Shown here piece by piece: positions 1 through 9,388 of a stretch of DNA of 64,000 nt (the stretch's first letter is position 1; each line of letters opens with the position of its first letter). The DNA comes from a virus. The translations under genes were made by a program, and so were the position numbers. Location of the stretch: IMG/VR virus record IMGVR_UViG_3300027749_000060, positions 45,419 through 109,418 of that record; one strand, written 5' to 3'. The notes under the pieces are model-generated. The model had not been told where the DNA came from, made no database searches, and saw only the letters and a program-made list of their open reading frames with translations.

Positions 1-1227
1 TTCTAATGCAGTTTTTGTCATTTCTTCAATTTGATCATCGTATGGATCAATTTCAAGTTTTTTCTGTTCTATTTGCTGCAACAGATTTGCTAATGTAGCT
101 CTATGCTCAACGGCGTCTGACTCGCGGTCGTAAAACACATTAGGATGTGTACCTAATGCACCCAAGTCGTTTAATTCCTGTGTATTTTCTATGTATTGAG
201 TATTAGTAGCTAGCGACTGTAGTGCAGCCTCTTGCAATGCTTTCTTTTTGCTGTCTAACAATTTTACTTGTTTATCATCGTGGAATGATTGCCCGCAACT
301 ATGACATGTATGATTTTCTAAACTGGCTATTTCAGTTTTAAGTTGATCAATAAGTTTAATTTCGCGAGTTTCATCTAGTTCACAGCGTTTAATTAAACTG
401 TTAAGAGTTCTAATCTTTGTTGATTTTTCGTTGTAGGCTGTTAATGCACGATGTGCAGCTAGCTCTGCCTCAATGTCAATTTGATTCAATTGATCATATG
501 CGCTTTGTAGTTGGTCGCAATCTGTATTGTATTTGTTAACCCAAAGAGTTTGTCTGCGTCGTAGGGCTTGAATTTGTTCTTCTATGCGTTTATTTGCATC
601 AATGACAGCTCTAATGCGGAATTCGTCCTGCTGTATATCGTCTTTGGTCTGTTTAATTCTATCTTTTAGTACTTCTGCTTTTTCACTTAGCAGGGTAATA
701 CCCATTAGCTGCTCAATGATTTCTCGTTGATCGCTGGCCCGTAGACTTAAAAAGGGCTCTGTATAGGTGTTTAATGCAACAATATGCTTAAACATACTGT
801 GGCTCATGCACAATAGTCGTTCAATGTCCTGCTGTGTTTCTCTACTATCGCCCTGACTTTCATCTACAATCTGTTGCTCAACATCAGCAACATAAAATTT
901 CATCACGTTAGGTTTACGTCCGCGTTCAACTCTATATTCAACGCCGTCTTTTTCAAAATCAATAGTAACCATCATGCCTTTGGCATTAGTTCTATTAATC
1001 AGATTGTCTTTTTTGATATTGGTTAGTGCATTGCCATACAAAGCATAGCTAACTATATTCAATAATGCGCTTTTTCCAGTGCCGTTGCGAGCACCGCTAT
1101 CGTCGCCGCCTAAGTCGAGGTTCTCGCCCAGTATCAGTGTTAGGTCATTACGATCTAAATTGACACTCTGGGTAACATTGCCAATTGACAAAAAGTTTTT
1201 TGCCGTAACAGATTTTATTTTAAGCAT
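1..1227 (-). CDS. gp46: Recombination endonuclease ATPase subunit (T4 gp46/SbcC/Rad50-like), 3' end outside the window
   Basis: Not in the ORF track. Manual translation from ATG at 1227: MLKIKSVTAKNFLSIGN...LILGENLDLGGDDSGARNGTGKS (Walker A), followed by coiled coil and a CHSC zinc hook near 300. Start overlaps the gp47 stop (TAATG). Confidence 0.93.
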   Translation of the reverse strand, partial: MLKIKSVTAKNFLSIGNVTQSVNLDRNDLTLILGENLDLGGDDSGARNGTGKSALLNIVSYALYGNALTNIKKDNLINRTNAKGMMVTIDFEKDGVEYRVERGRKPNVMKFYVADVEQQIVDESQGDSRETQQDIERLLCMSHSMFKHIVALNTYTEPFLSLRASDQREIIEQLMGITLLSEKAEVLKDRIKQTKDDIQQDEFRIRAVIDANKRIEEQIQALRRRQTLWVNKYNTDCDQLQSAYDQLNQIDIEAELAAHRALTAYNEKSTKIRTLNSLIKRCELDETREIKLIDQLKTEIASLENHTCHSCGQSFHDDKQVKLLDSKKKALQEAALQSLATNTQYIENTQELNDLGALGTHPNVFYDRESDAVEHRATLANLLQQIEQKKLEIDPYDDQIEEMTKTALE

Positions 1228-2243
1228 TAGAGAGTACGATAGATTTCAAGCAACAAGTTAGTATTATAGTTATCGCTGGTAATACCTGTCAATTGATTAG
1301 ACACAATTTGATCCACGCTTTGAAATGATATGTTGCCTTGTGCAACCATGCCTTCGAGATCCACATTTGATTGTGGAATTAATTTAATCTCTCTAAGATG
1401 ATGACTATTAATAAACGTTTCTTTAATAAAACTAGCTTCTTCGTAGCTAATGTCGATGTCCAAGTTGACCCTAGCATGCATATTCTTACGTAACAACCTA
1501 TCGGAGTCATTTAAGATACTGCTGAGATTGTATACTCTATACACGGGTTGATCAGGCCATGCATGATATACAGGCTCTTGTCCCCATTCAAGTATCATTA
1601 GTCCGCGTTCGTCGTCACCGGCATCGGCATAGTTATGCGGAAAACAATTGCCAATGTAAGTAATATTCTTTTTAGTTTGACGTTTATGAAAATGCCCAGT
1701 AAACACATGATCAAAGTGATTAAAGTCTTCTCTATGCACAGTGCCGTGATCGGGCATTTCTACCATAGCATTCATCAGGTAACCTGGCAATTCAAAATGC
1801 CCAAACATATACCTGGCAGATAGCTTAGGTATACGTTTATGGTCGTCGGCAACAAGCCAAGGAGCAATAACTACATCGCCCTCAATGAGCCAATCGTTGC
1901 AAATGACTACATTCTTTAAATGTTTAGCCCACTCAACACTTTGTACATCGCGCTTGTCTCTATAATACAAATCATGATTGCCGGGTATAAAAAACACCCT
2001 ATCAAAATTTGCATTTAAATGTTCTAATGCTTGTAGACTATAATTAAGAGTAACAATATTAATGCTAGCTCTATTATTATGCCAATCACCAAGAAACATG
2101 GCTGTTTCGCAGCCCTCTTCCTTGGCCTTAGCAGTAGCCCACTTTACAAAATTTAAACAGTCATCGTTGTGTTGGCTGCTGTTTGATTTTAATCCAAAGT
2201 GGATATCAGTAAAGACAGCAGCTTTTTTAAAAAGATTACTCAT
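1227..2243 (-). CDS. gp47: Recombination endonuclease nuclease subunit (T4 gp47/SbcD/Mre11-like)
   Basis: Metallophosphoesterase motifs FTDIHFG, LGDWH, IPGNHD, GHFE, TGHFH; adjacent to gp46. Confidence 0.93.
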   Translation of the reverse strand: MSNLFKKAAVFTDIHFGLKSNSSQHNDDCLNFVKWATAKAKEEGCETAMFLGDWHNNRASINIVTLNYSLQALEHLNANFDRVFFIPGNHDLYYRDKRDVQSVEWAKHLKNVVICNDWLIEGDVVIAPWLVADDHKRIPKLSARYMFGHFELPGYLMNAMVEMPDHGTVHREDFNHFDHVFTGHFHKRQTKKNITYIGNCFPHNYADAGDDERGLMILEWGQEPVYHAWPDQPVYRVYNLSSILNDSDRLLRKNMHARVNLDIDISYEEASFIKETFINSHHLREIKLIPQSNVDLEGMVAQGNISFQSVDQIVSNQLTGITSDNYNTNLLLEIYRTL

Positions 2244-2249
2244 TCATCT

Positions 2250-2279
2250 ATTATAACAGTTTGCCCTACAGTATGTAAA
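2250..2279 (-). promoter_or_regulatory. sigma70-like promoter for gp47-gp46, probably leaderless
   Basis: TTTACA-18 nt-TATAAT with TG extension; ATG lies 6 nt after the -10 box. Confidence 0.6.
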
Positions 2280-2290
2280 GCATTATGGCG

Positions 2291-3172
2291 CTAATCGTGG
2301 TCGCCATCGCTACCACCTGTATAACCAGATGACATACCTTGTCTGGTATAACTTGGATTAAAGTTATTCATTTCTAAAATATCGTCGCGTAAGTTCTGAT
2401 TACGTTTTTCAATATTCAACACACGAGTAAAGCTATTAGTGATAGCGGCAGTATAATACGCAAAAGGGTTCTGCGATTTTGACTCATCAAATTGGAGTCC
2501 AATTTGGCTGAGTTGTAGTAAGGCTTGGCTTCGCATTTCGTCATTGTAGGTATATCCTCTCCAGTTTGATCTTGTTGCATATCTCTCGCATAATTTCATA
2601 AACATCAGGGCTAGCTTTTTAGTCATAGACCCATGGTCTCTTGACCATTCTCCGTCATCTATATTGCCCTTCCAGTGGCTTTTGCCTACGCAATAGCTAG
2701 CACCGTTTACATCAATTTTATAATGTTGGAACGGAGGGAAATTGCATTTAGTGTATTTAATTATTGCAGCTGGTACTTTATAGTCGGCGTCGTCATCGTA
2801 TTCGGTATGAGCAGCGGCTTCTTCGTCTGCCGCGTCTTGACTCTTTTTAGTAGCAGCTTCGTTTATTGGTACATGAGCCCAAGTCATTACTCGAAAAATT
2901 ACATCTGTAGTAGGAATTTCTTCAGTTGGAAGTAAAAATTCGTCTAGTTTACGTTTTTCGCCCTGGGCAGCAGCAGCTTCAAGTTGAAGTTTTGCTAATC
3001 GCTCTGCTCGATTTTCCTGTGCTTGCCGTATGTTATCTGTGGTGATCTGTAATAAATCATGGATAATCATATCATAGTCGGCGTAGTCTGGTAATGTAAA
3101 AGTACAGTAAGTACTTTTGCTACGGTGTATCTCTTTTAAGATATCTTTATTATTTAGGTAATTATGTTTAAT
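2291..3172 (-). CDS. gp55: Late-transcription sigma factor (T4 gp55-like); start probably AUU at 3172 (ORF track uses TTG at 3190)
   Basis: HNYLNNKD N-terminus, NWRGYTYNDEM and NPFAYYT...NSF motifs typical of gp55; T4-like synteny with gp47/gp46. Confidence 0.88.
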   Translation of the reverse strand: MKHNYLNNKDILKEIHRSKSTYCTFTLPDYADYDMIIHDLLQITTDNIRQAQENRAERLAKLQLEAAAAQGEKRKLDEFLLPTEEIPTTDVIFRVMTWAHVPINEAATKKSQDAADEEAAAHTEYDDDADYKVPAAIIKYTKCNFPPFQHYKIDVNGASYCVGKSHWKGNIDDGEWSRDHGSMTKKLALMFMKLCERYATRSNWRGYTYNDEMRSQALLQLSQIGLQFDESKSQNPFAYYTAAITNSFTRVLNIEKRNQNLRDDILEMNNFNPSYTRQGMSSGYTGGSDGDHD

Positions 3173-3207
3173 TTTTATTCTCCTTAGCAAATTACTGCAT
3201 TGTTTTT

Positions 3208-3236
3208 AGTTTAGCATATAAATCAACGTATTGCAA
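3208..3236 (-). promoter_or_regulatory. sigma70-like promoter for the late sigma gene
   Basis: TTGCAA-17 nt-TAAACT with TG extension. Confidence 0.6.
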
Positions 3237-3270
3237 CCATTTAAGTATAAACATAGCATATTTTAACTCA

Positions 3271-3278
3271 TATAAATA
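3271..3278 (+). promoter_or_regulatory. T4-type late promoter TATAAATA heading the structural module
   Basis: Exact T4 late consensus 20 nt upstream of the first structural gene. The TAAATA core recurs at 8956, 9363, 24889, 24901 and 29848. Confidence 0.8.
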
Positions 3279-3297
3279 TAGTTAAGAAGGTACAACC

Positions 3298-4224
3298 ATG
3301 CCATTTAATATTCCAGATTTATCTACAACTGCCATACAAAAAATGACAGGGCCTCCTAACCTATACCAGAGTCTGTCGGGAATTTCTAATCCAGTCAGTG
3401 ACTTAACGTCGTTGTCAGATCCGGCTGCTAGTAGGTTGTCTTCAGCGGGATTGTCAAAAGGTGCATATCTGCCAGATGCTGACGAAGTGGATCCTTCTAA
3501 CATAGATTATGAAGAATCCGACGATACTAGCCAAGATGGTGGCGGAGGCGGTGCCGACGACGATAACGAAGGCGACAGTTCGTCTCCAACGTCCTCTAAT
3601 AGGGCTGCATTTAAAACGTCGCAAATTGCAGCATTTTCTGGACCACAGGGCAAAGATTGGCGTTTAAAAGTCACGTGTAAAGAAATCTCAAACTTTTCTG
3701 GATTATTAGGACCATTAAAAAATACAGGTGGCGTTATATTTCCGCACACTCCTACAGTTACAGTTGGGTATCAGGCAAACTATGCAGCACAGAGATATAC
3801 ACATAGTAATTATCCAATGTATACATATGAAAGCAGTGAAGTTCAACCTATACAAATATCTGGAGAATTTACTGTACAAAACAGTGCAGAGGCAGCCTAC
3901 GTATTAGCTTGTATTTATTTCTTTAGGGCAAGTACAAAAATGTTCTTTGGATCTTCAAAAAATGCAGGTGCTCCTCCCCCAATAGTCAGACTTACTGGAT
4001 ACGGAGATCAATATTTTCCGTCAGGTGGTGTTCCTTGTGCAGTAACCTCGTTTACTCACACTATGCCGCCTGATGTAGATTACATTAATACAGGGCAAAC
4101 TCGAATGCCCGTAATTAGTACCATAACAGTAAATTTACAACCAATTTACAGTAAATCAACTTTGACAAAATTTGATTTAAGTAAATTTTCTACAGGTGGA
4201 CAACTAGGAACAGGATTAATATAA
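3298..4224 (+). CDS. Baseplate/tail-tube-initiator-like protein
   Basis: GVIFPHTPTV...THSNY...IQISGEFT...GAPPPIVRLTGYG...VTSFTHT pattern of tube-initiator-type proteins; lies immediately before gp53. Confidence 0.6.
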   Translation: MPFNIPDLSTTAIQKMTGPPNLYQSLSGISNPVSDLTSLSDPAASRLSSAGLSKGAYLPDADEVDPSNIDYEESDDTSQDGGGGGADDDNEGDSSSPTSSNRAAFKTSQIAAFSGPQGKDWRLKVTCKEISNFSGLLGPLKNTGGVIFPHTPTVTVGYQANYAAQRYTHSNYPMYTYESSEVQPIQISGEFTVQNSAEAAYVLACIYFFRASTKMFFGSSKNAGAPPPIVRLTGYGDQYFPSGGVPCAVTSFTHTMPPDVDYINTGQTRMPVISTITVNLQPIYSKSTLTKFDLSKFSTGGQLGTGLI

Positions 4225-4526
4225 TGGCTGCAATATACTCAAAAACTAGTCCGTACTATACAACCTCTGTTACCGGTAATTTTTTAAATGTGTTGGCATA
4301 CCGCCCTATCCCTAAAAATCCAATGGATATAAAATATACAATTGATTATGTTTATGAATTTAGGCCTGACATGTTAGCATCTGACCTATATGATAATTCA
4401 GGACTGTGGTGGGTATTTGCAATAAGAAATCCAAATGTAATTGCAGATCCAATATTTGATTTCTATGCTGGTCAGATTATATATCTTCCTAGTAAAGATA
4501 CATTAATTTCATCATTGGGAATGTAA
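4224..4526 (+). CDS. gp53: Baseplate wedge protein, gp53/LysM-like
   Basis: RPDMLASDLY...LWWVFAIRN..I.DP...GQIIYLP signature. Confidence 0.8.
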   Translation: MAAIYSKTSPYYTTSVTGNFLNVLAYRPIPKNPMDIKYTIDYVYEFRPDMLASDLYDNSGLWWVFAIRNPNVIADPIFDFYAGQIIYLPSKDTLISSLGM

Positions 4527-4527
4527 A

Positions 4528-6801
4528 ATGGCTGACAACGGTGCTTATGCACGATATCTTGAAGCTCAAAGGCAACAAGCCATTAAAGATAACAAGGCTA
4601 AATTTTCAGCTGTATCTAAAGCAGAAGATGATAAAATAAAACTCCGTGGCGCCGGGTACGGCGATTTAAGTACCGGTGCTCAAATAAACAATAGAGCCAA
4701 TGGCAAATTACTTAGATCGGGCGGATCCCCGGCAGTGGGCACATCGGGCAAAGTATCCGACCCGTATGCTGATAATAGAAAAAATGCAGGTAAAGGTGGG
4801 TATGACGAAGCAGGTGACCCAATTGACAATTATTCTTCTAATAGAAAAAATGCAGGTAAAAGTGGGTATGATGAAGCAGGCGACCCAGTTGATCCGTATG
4901 CAAAAGACCGTGCCAATGCTGGTCAGTCTGGATACGATGAAGCCGGTACAAAAATTAATAGTGACGGCACACCAGGCGGATCTCAAAAAGTAAATTCCAA
5001 TGGGGAATCTAGTTCAAGCGACTCGGGCGGCGGTGGTGGTGGAAGTGGCAACCCACTGGATCAATACGCCAACTATACATATGGTTTAAGCCTGCATGTA
5101 ATTAAACCCGAAGAATACGAGGGATTAAAGCCAGGGTACAATCCCGATGGAAAAGTTTTAATTGCCAGCGGTGGCCGGCAAGGTAGCGGATTTGGGCGTA
5201 TTGCAGGATTCCAGTCTGATTTCTATTTTGATAATTTTAGGATGACTACAATAATAGGAATGAATCAACGCACTCGCGGCAGTAATGTAATAGATATGCA
5301 ATTTACAGTACTAGAACCGTTTGGCATGACACTATTAGATAAGATACTTAAAGTAGCAGATCTACTTGGAGCAAAAAATTGGAACGAAATGCCGTTTGTA
5401 ATGCAAATTGATTTCTTTGCTAATACCAACGATGATAGGTCTGTATTAATATCAGGGCATACAAAATATATTCCTATTAAATTAATTGAATGTAAAATAT
5501 CAGCAACTTCAAATGGCGCAAGTTATCAATTCCATGGTATTCCATACAATCACGCTGCTTTTCAAACTAATTCTGTTTCTACCCCAGCCTTTAATGAAGT
5601 AACTGCCAAAACTGTTAAAGAATTTTTTAGCAGTGACAGTAAAGACAAAGGCAGCTATGCATTGGCATTAAATAATTATCAGAAAAAATTAGCGGCAGAT
5701 GAAGCTAAGTATCAAGAATTTCCTGACATATATGAATTTAAGATTGATTCAGAAATAGGTGATGCTAAGATTGTATACGAAAAAAGAAATAACGTAAAAT
5801 CTGCACCAATGGCAAGTAAATCAAATAAAACAGCCACAAAGGACGACGGAAAACGTGCCGCCGAAGGTGGATCTGCTGCACAATTGGATTTAGAATATCA
5901 AGCGATTCCTATCAACGCAGGAACTTCCATTATTGATGTAATCAGCCAAGTTATAAGAAATAGTAGTTATATGGCGGAACAAGTTGGTAAAGGTGGCGAC
6001 GACCTTATAAAATCTTGGAGGGTTATTCCTGAAATTAAAATATTAAAATTTGATAATTATAGAAAAATTTATCAGAAAAAATTTACTTATCATGTTAAAA
6101 AAGCTGATTATCATAATACAAAATATCCAGATGCTCCAATGAAAATGCCAACAAAGATTTCTAGGAAATATAATTATTTGTATACTGGAAAAAATCAAGA
6201 TGTATTGGATTTTGCTATAGATTTTAATGTGGTATTTTATACAGCAATGACTGCAAACAGAGATAAATTGAAAAAAGTTGAAGTTGATAAAGAAACCAAA
6301 AAAAATGAAAAAGATAAAGGTGTAAGTGCGTCGGCCAGCCCAAATAAATTAGATCCAAAACATGTAAAGACTGTTGCTACCCAAGCCGATGTAGCAACCT
6401 CTGCCCAAGGAGCAAACGATGCAAAAAATGTGTCATCGAATGATTTAGTTAGATCAATGTTCACCGATTCTCGTGGTGATATGATTAATATTAATTTAAA
6501 AATATCAGGGGATCCTGCATATATCAAACAAGATGATGTATTTTTTAAACCTTCTGCCAGTAACAATTCTGCAGGAACAATTGACCAGCACGGTAGTTTT
6601 TCCACGGACAACGGCGAGCTATTTGTTGAAGTTAATTTCAGAACTCCGTCGGACATAAATCCAAGTACTGATACGTATGATTTTAGCAATAGTGAAAAAA
6701 CAGCGTTTAGTGGAACATATAGGGTAATGACAGTTGACAATGTTCTTGAAAGAGGACAATTCACTCAAACGTTGTCGTTGATTAAAGTTTTTCCAGCATA
6801 A
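4528..6801 (+). CDS. Baseplate hub protein (gp27/late control D-like) with a low-complexity N-terminal extension
   Basis: Position between gp53 and gp5; C-terminal LKISGDP...FSGTYRVMTVDNVLERGQFTQTLSL typical of hub proteins. Confidence 0.6.
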   Translation: MADNGAYARYLEAQRQQAIKDNKAKFSAVSKAEDDKIKLRGAGYGDLSTGAQINNRANGKLLRSGGSPAVGTSGKVSDPYADNRKNAGKGGYDEAGDPIDNYSSNRKNAGKSGYDEAGDPVDPYAKDRANAGQSGYDEAGTKINSDGTPGGSQKVNSNGESSSSDSGGGGGGSGNPLDQYANYTYGLSLHVIKPEEYEGLKPGYNPDGKVLIASGGRQGSGFGRIAGFQSDFYFDNFRMTTIIGMNQRTRGSNVIDMQFTVLEPFGMTLLDKILKVADLLGAKNWNEMPFVMQIDFFANTNDDRSVLISGHTKYIPIKLIECKISATSNGASYQFHGIPYNHAAFQTNSVSTPAFNEVTAKTVKEFFSSDSKDKGSYALALNNYQKKLAADEAKYQEFPDIYEFKIDSEIGDAKIVYEKRNNVKSAPMASKSNKTATKDDGKRAAEGGSAAQLDLEYQAIPINAGTSIIDVISQVIRNSSYMAEQVGKGGDDLIKSWRVIPEIKILKFDNYRKIYQKKFTYHVKKADYHNTKYPDAPMKMPTKISRKYNYLYTGKNQDVLDFAIDFNVVFYTAMTANRDKLKKVEVDKETKKNEKDKGVSASASPNKLDPKHVKTVATQADVATSAQGANDAKNVSSNDLVRSMFTDSRGDMININLKISGDPAYIKQDDVFFKPSASNNSAGTIDQHGSFSTDNGELFVEVNFRTPSDINPSTDTYDFSNSEKTAFSGTYRVMTVDNVLERGQFTQTLSLIKVFPA
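4759..4947 (+). repeat. Three 66-bp (22-aa) tandem repeats, DPYxxNRKNAGKxGYDEAGDP
   Basis: Visible in both the DNA and the protein; third copy truncated. Confidence 0.9.
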
Positions 6802-6813
6802 GAGCAAATAAAA

Positions 6814-8958
6814 ATGTCTAAAACAGATAGAAGAATAGGAAAAAAAGTACCTGACTATATACGCAGGGAAGATGCTGCGGGCGTAAGATTTGATTCGGGT
6901 CCGTATGTAGGAAAAATAAAAAACAACTACGATACTATTCGCCAAGGGAGACTTCAAGTATGGATTCCTGATTTAGGCGGTGGTGACGAAGACGATGTCT
7001 CAAATTGGCGAACCGTTAGCTATGCAAGTCCATTCTTTGGTTCTACGTATCAAGAACCCGACAATAAGAAAAATACATTTAAAGATGTAAGACATACTTA
7101 CGGGTTCTGGTTTACACCACCAGATATAGACAATTTTGTTATGTGTACTTTTATTGCCGGAGATCCTCAACGCGGATTTTGGTTTGCATGTATACCATCG
7201 CAATTAGGGCAACATATGGTTCCTGCTATAGCAGGAACGAGTAGCTACGACACTGAGGGAATTACCAATAGTGCAGTGCAAAAAATGAACAAGCCGTCGG
7301 TGTTGCCGGTAGTTGAATTTAACGAAAACAAAGAACAGGATTGGACAGATTTCACTGGGCTAAAGAAGCCGTTACACGAAACACAAATTGAGATATTAAT
7401 AACACAGGGTCTTGATAGGGACACAGATCGAGGAGTAGTAAGCAGCAGTAGCCAACGCGAGAGCCCTAGTAGGGTGTTTGGAATTAGTACCCCGGGGCAA
7501 CCCGAATCGGGTGCTACTAAAGACGAATTTGTTTATACACGTAAAGGTGGACACACTTTAGTAATGGACGATGGTGATTTTAAAGACAAAAATAGAATAT
7601 TTAGATTGCGATCGTCAGGTGGCCATCAAATTATAATGAATGACACCCAGGATATATTTTATATTGGTAACAGTAAGGGAACAGCCTGGGTTGAATTAAC
7701 CGAAGCAGGAGCAGTTAATATCTTTAGTGACACAGATATAAACTTTAGAGCAAAAGGTGATTTTAATTTCCATGCTGATAAAGATTTTAAAATACATGTA
7801 GGTGGCAAATTTAGTTTATTTGCTAAAACATCTATCCAATCAGAATCTGAACTAATAACATCAACCTCTAGTGCAAAGACCACTATATTTGGTAACGGTG
7901 TTGAAATTGGCAGCGAGTCTACTATTGATATTAATCCTGCAGGAGCAGGTAGTTTCACATGTGGGCCCACATTAACAATGTCGGCGGGCACAATAAAATT
8001 AAATTCTGGTAGTGGCCCAACAGTATCAAAACCTGACAAGATTACAGTCAACGATGTAAATGAAGCCGAACTTGACGGAAGTGGACAATGGCAAACTAAA
8101 GCAGCCGCATTAAAAAGCATTGCAAGTGTTGTTCCAACGCACGAGCCGTGGCCTCGCAAAGGTGGAAAACCAAATGCAGCAGCTAGCGGCGCATCAAGTG
8201 CAGCAGGCGGTGGTAGTAGCAGCACCAGTGGAGGTGGCAACACTGGCGGCAACACTGGCAGCGGCAACTCCACATTAAATTCAGGTACAGGTGGTGCAGC
8301 TACAGATGGTAAAGGAAATCCGGCTGTTAGTGGCCAGTCGGGCGACGGCGGCGGCCCTAATGCCGCAGCGTCACAAAGTGTTAAAAATCCAGCATCAAAA
8401 TCGTCTATGTACAATAAGGACAATCCAACTCCTACTACAGGGGTAGGCCCATTGGATCCTATAGATAAAAAAGCACTTAAAACACAAATAGCTCATAACG
8501 AAAGTGGCGGCAGGTATGATATAGTTGAAGCTAAGAGAGGCAACTATTTAGGAAAATATCAAATGGGCGCAGGTGCGTTAGTTGGCGAGGGATATATTAA
8601 ACCTGATGCGTATGCTAAATATGGGTCATCCGCAGTTAATTATCCCTCAAGCTGGACCGGTAAAGGCGGAGTATCATCAAAAGAAGACTTTTTAAATAAT
8701 CACGATGCACAGGAAAAATCAATGGATGGTCTACTAGATAAAAATTATTCCACGTTACAGAGAACTGGCGGAGTCAAACCCGGAGACAGTAAAGAAACTG
8801 TATCCGGTATGTTGGCAACAAGTCACCTATTAGGTGCAGGAGGTGCAACAACATGGCGTAAAACAGGTGGCGGCGCAGATGCCAATGGTACATCGGGTAC
8901 CTCTTATTATAACATGGGCCGGTATGCATCTAATGTGCTAGCCAAACAAACTGCTTAA
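6814..8958 (+). CDS. gp5: Baseplate central spike (gp5/VgrG-like) with a C-terminal lysozyme-like domain
   Basis: OB-fold D..RQGRLQVWIP, beta-helix GGHTLVMDD/GHQIIMND, PTHEPW, Gly/Ser linker, then IAHNESGGRY...LGKYQMG. Confidence 0.85.
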   Translation: MSKTDRRIGKKVPDYIRREDAAGVRFDSGPYVGKIKNNYDTIRQGRLQVWIPDLGGGDEDDVSNWRTVSYASPFFGSTYQEPDNKKNTFKDVRHTYGFWFTPPDIDNFVMCTFIAGDPQRGFWFACIPSQLGQHMVPAIAGTSSYDTEGITNSAVQKMNKPSVLPVVEFNENKEQDWTDFTGLKKPLHETQIEILITQGLDRDTDRGVVSSSSQRESPSRVFGISTPGQPESGATKDEFVYTRKGGHTLVMDDGDFKDKNRIFRLRSSGGHQIIMNDTQDIFYIGNSKGTAWVELTEAGAVNIFSDTDINFRAKGDFNFHADKDFKIHVGGKFSLFAKTSIQSESELITSTSSAKTTIFGNGVEIGSESTIDINPAGAGSFTCGPTLTMSAGTIKLNSGSGPTVSKPDKITVNDVNEAELDGSGQWQTKAAALKSIASVVPTHEPWPRKGGKPNAAASGASSAAGGGSSSTSGGGNTGGNTGSGNSTLNSGTGGAATDGKGNPAVSGQSGDGGGPNAAASQSVKNPASKSSMYNKDNPTPTTGVGPLDPIDKKALKTQIAHNESGGRYDIVEAKRGNYLGKYQMGAGALVGEGYIKPDAYAKYGSSAVNYPSSWTGKGGVSSKEDFLNNHDAQEKSMDGLLDKNYSTLQRTGGVKPGDSKETVSGMLATSHLLGAGGATTWRKTGGGADANGTSGTSYYNMGRYASNVLAKQTA

Positions 8959-8966
8959 ATACTATT

Positions 8967-9341
8967 ATGACTACATACAAAGGATTCAGTACTTACAACA
9001 GAATGCGTAAATTTACGCTAACTGACTTTGACTTGATTAAGCAAGATTTATTTAATCATTTTTCAATTCGCAAAGGTGAAAAACTAATGAATCCAAAATT
9101 TGGGACAATTATTTGGGGTCTTTTATTTGAACCAATGTCCCCGGATATTAAAGCATTAGTGTCCCAAGACGTTAAAGAAATCATTGACTACGATCCAAGA
9201 ATTTCGGCTGATAGAATATCAGTGACTGAATTTGAACACGGGATTCAGATCAATTTGAATATACGTTATGTATTAACGAATCAAACTGGAACAATGGCGT
9301 TAAAATTTAGTAGAGCTTCAAATCAATTAACTTATAGTTAA
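8967..9341 (+). CDS. gp25: Baseplate wedge protein gp25
   Basis: IRKGEKLMNPKFGT.IWGLLFEP...YDPRI signature. Confidence 0.9.
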   Translation: MTTYKGFSTYNRMRKFTLTDFDLIKQDLFNHFSIRKGEKLMNPKFGTIIWGLLFEPMSPDIKALVSQDVKEIIDYDPRISADRISVTEFEHGIQINLNIRYVLTNQTGTMALKFSRASNQLTYS

Positions 9342-9388
9342 CAACCCACTTTTATTACATAATAAATATATGAACAGAGTCTTATAAC

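Noticed and set aside
7659-8423. 254-aa minus-strand ORF inside gp5 and similar antisense ORFs
   Set aside because: Antisense to well-supported genes, with no SD or recognisable motifs.
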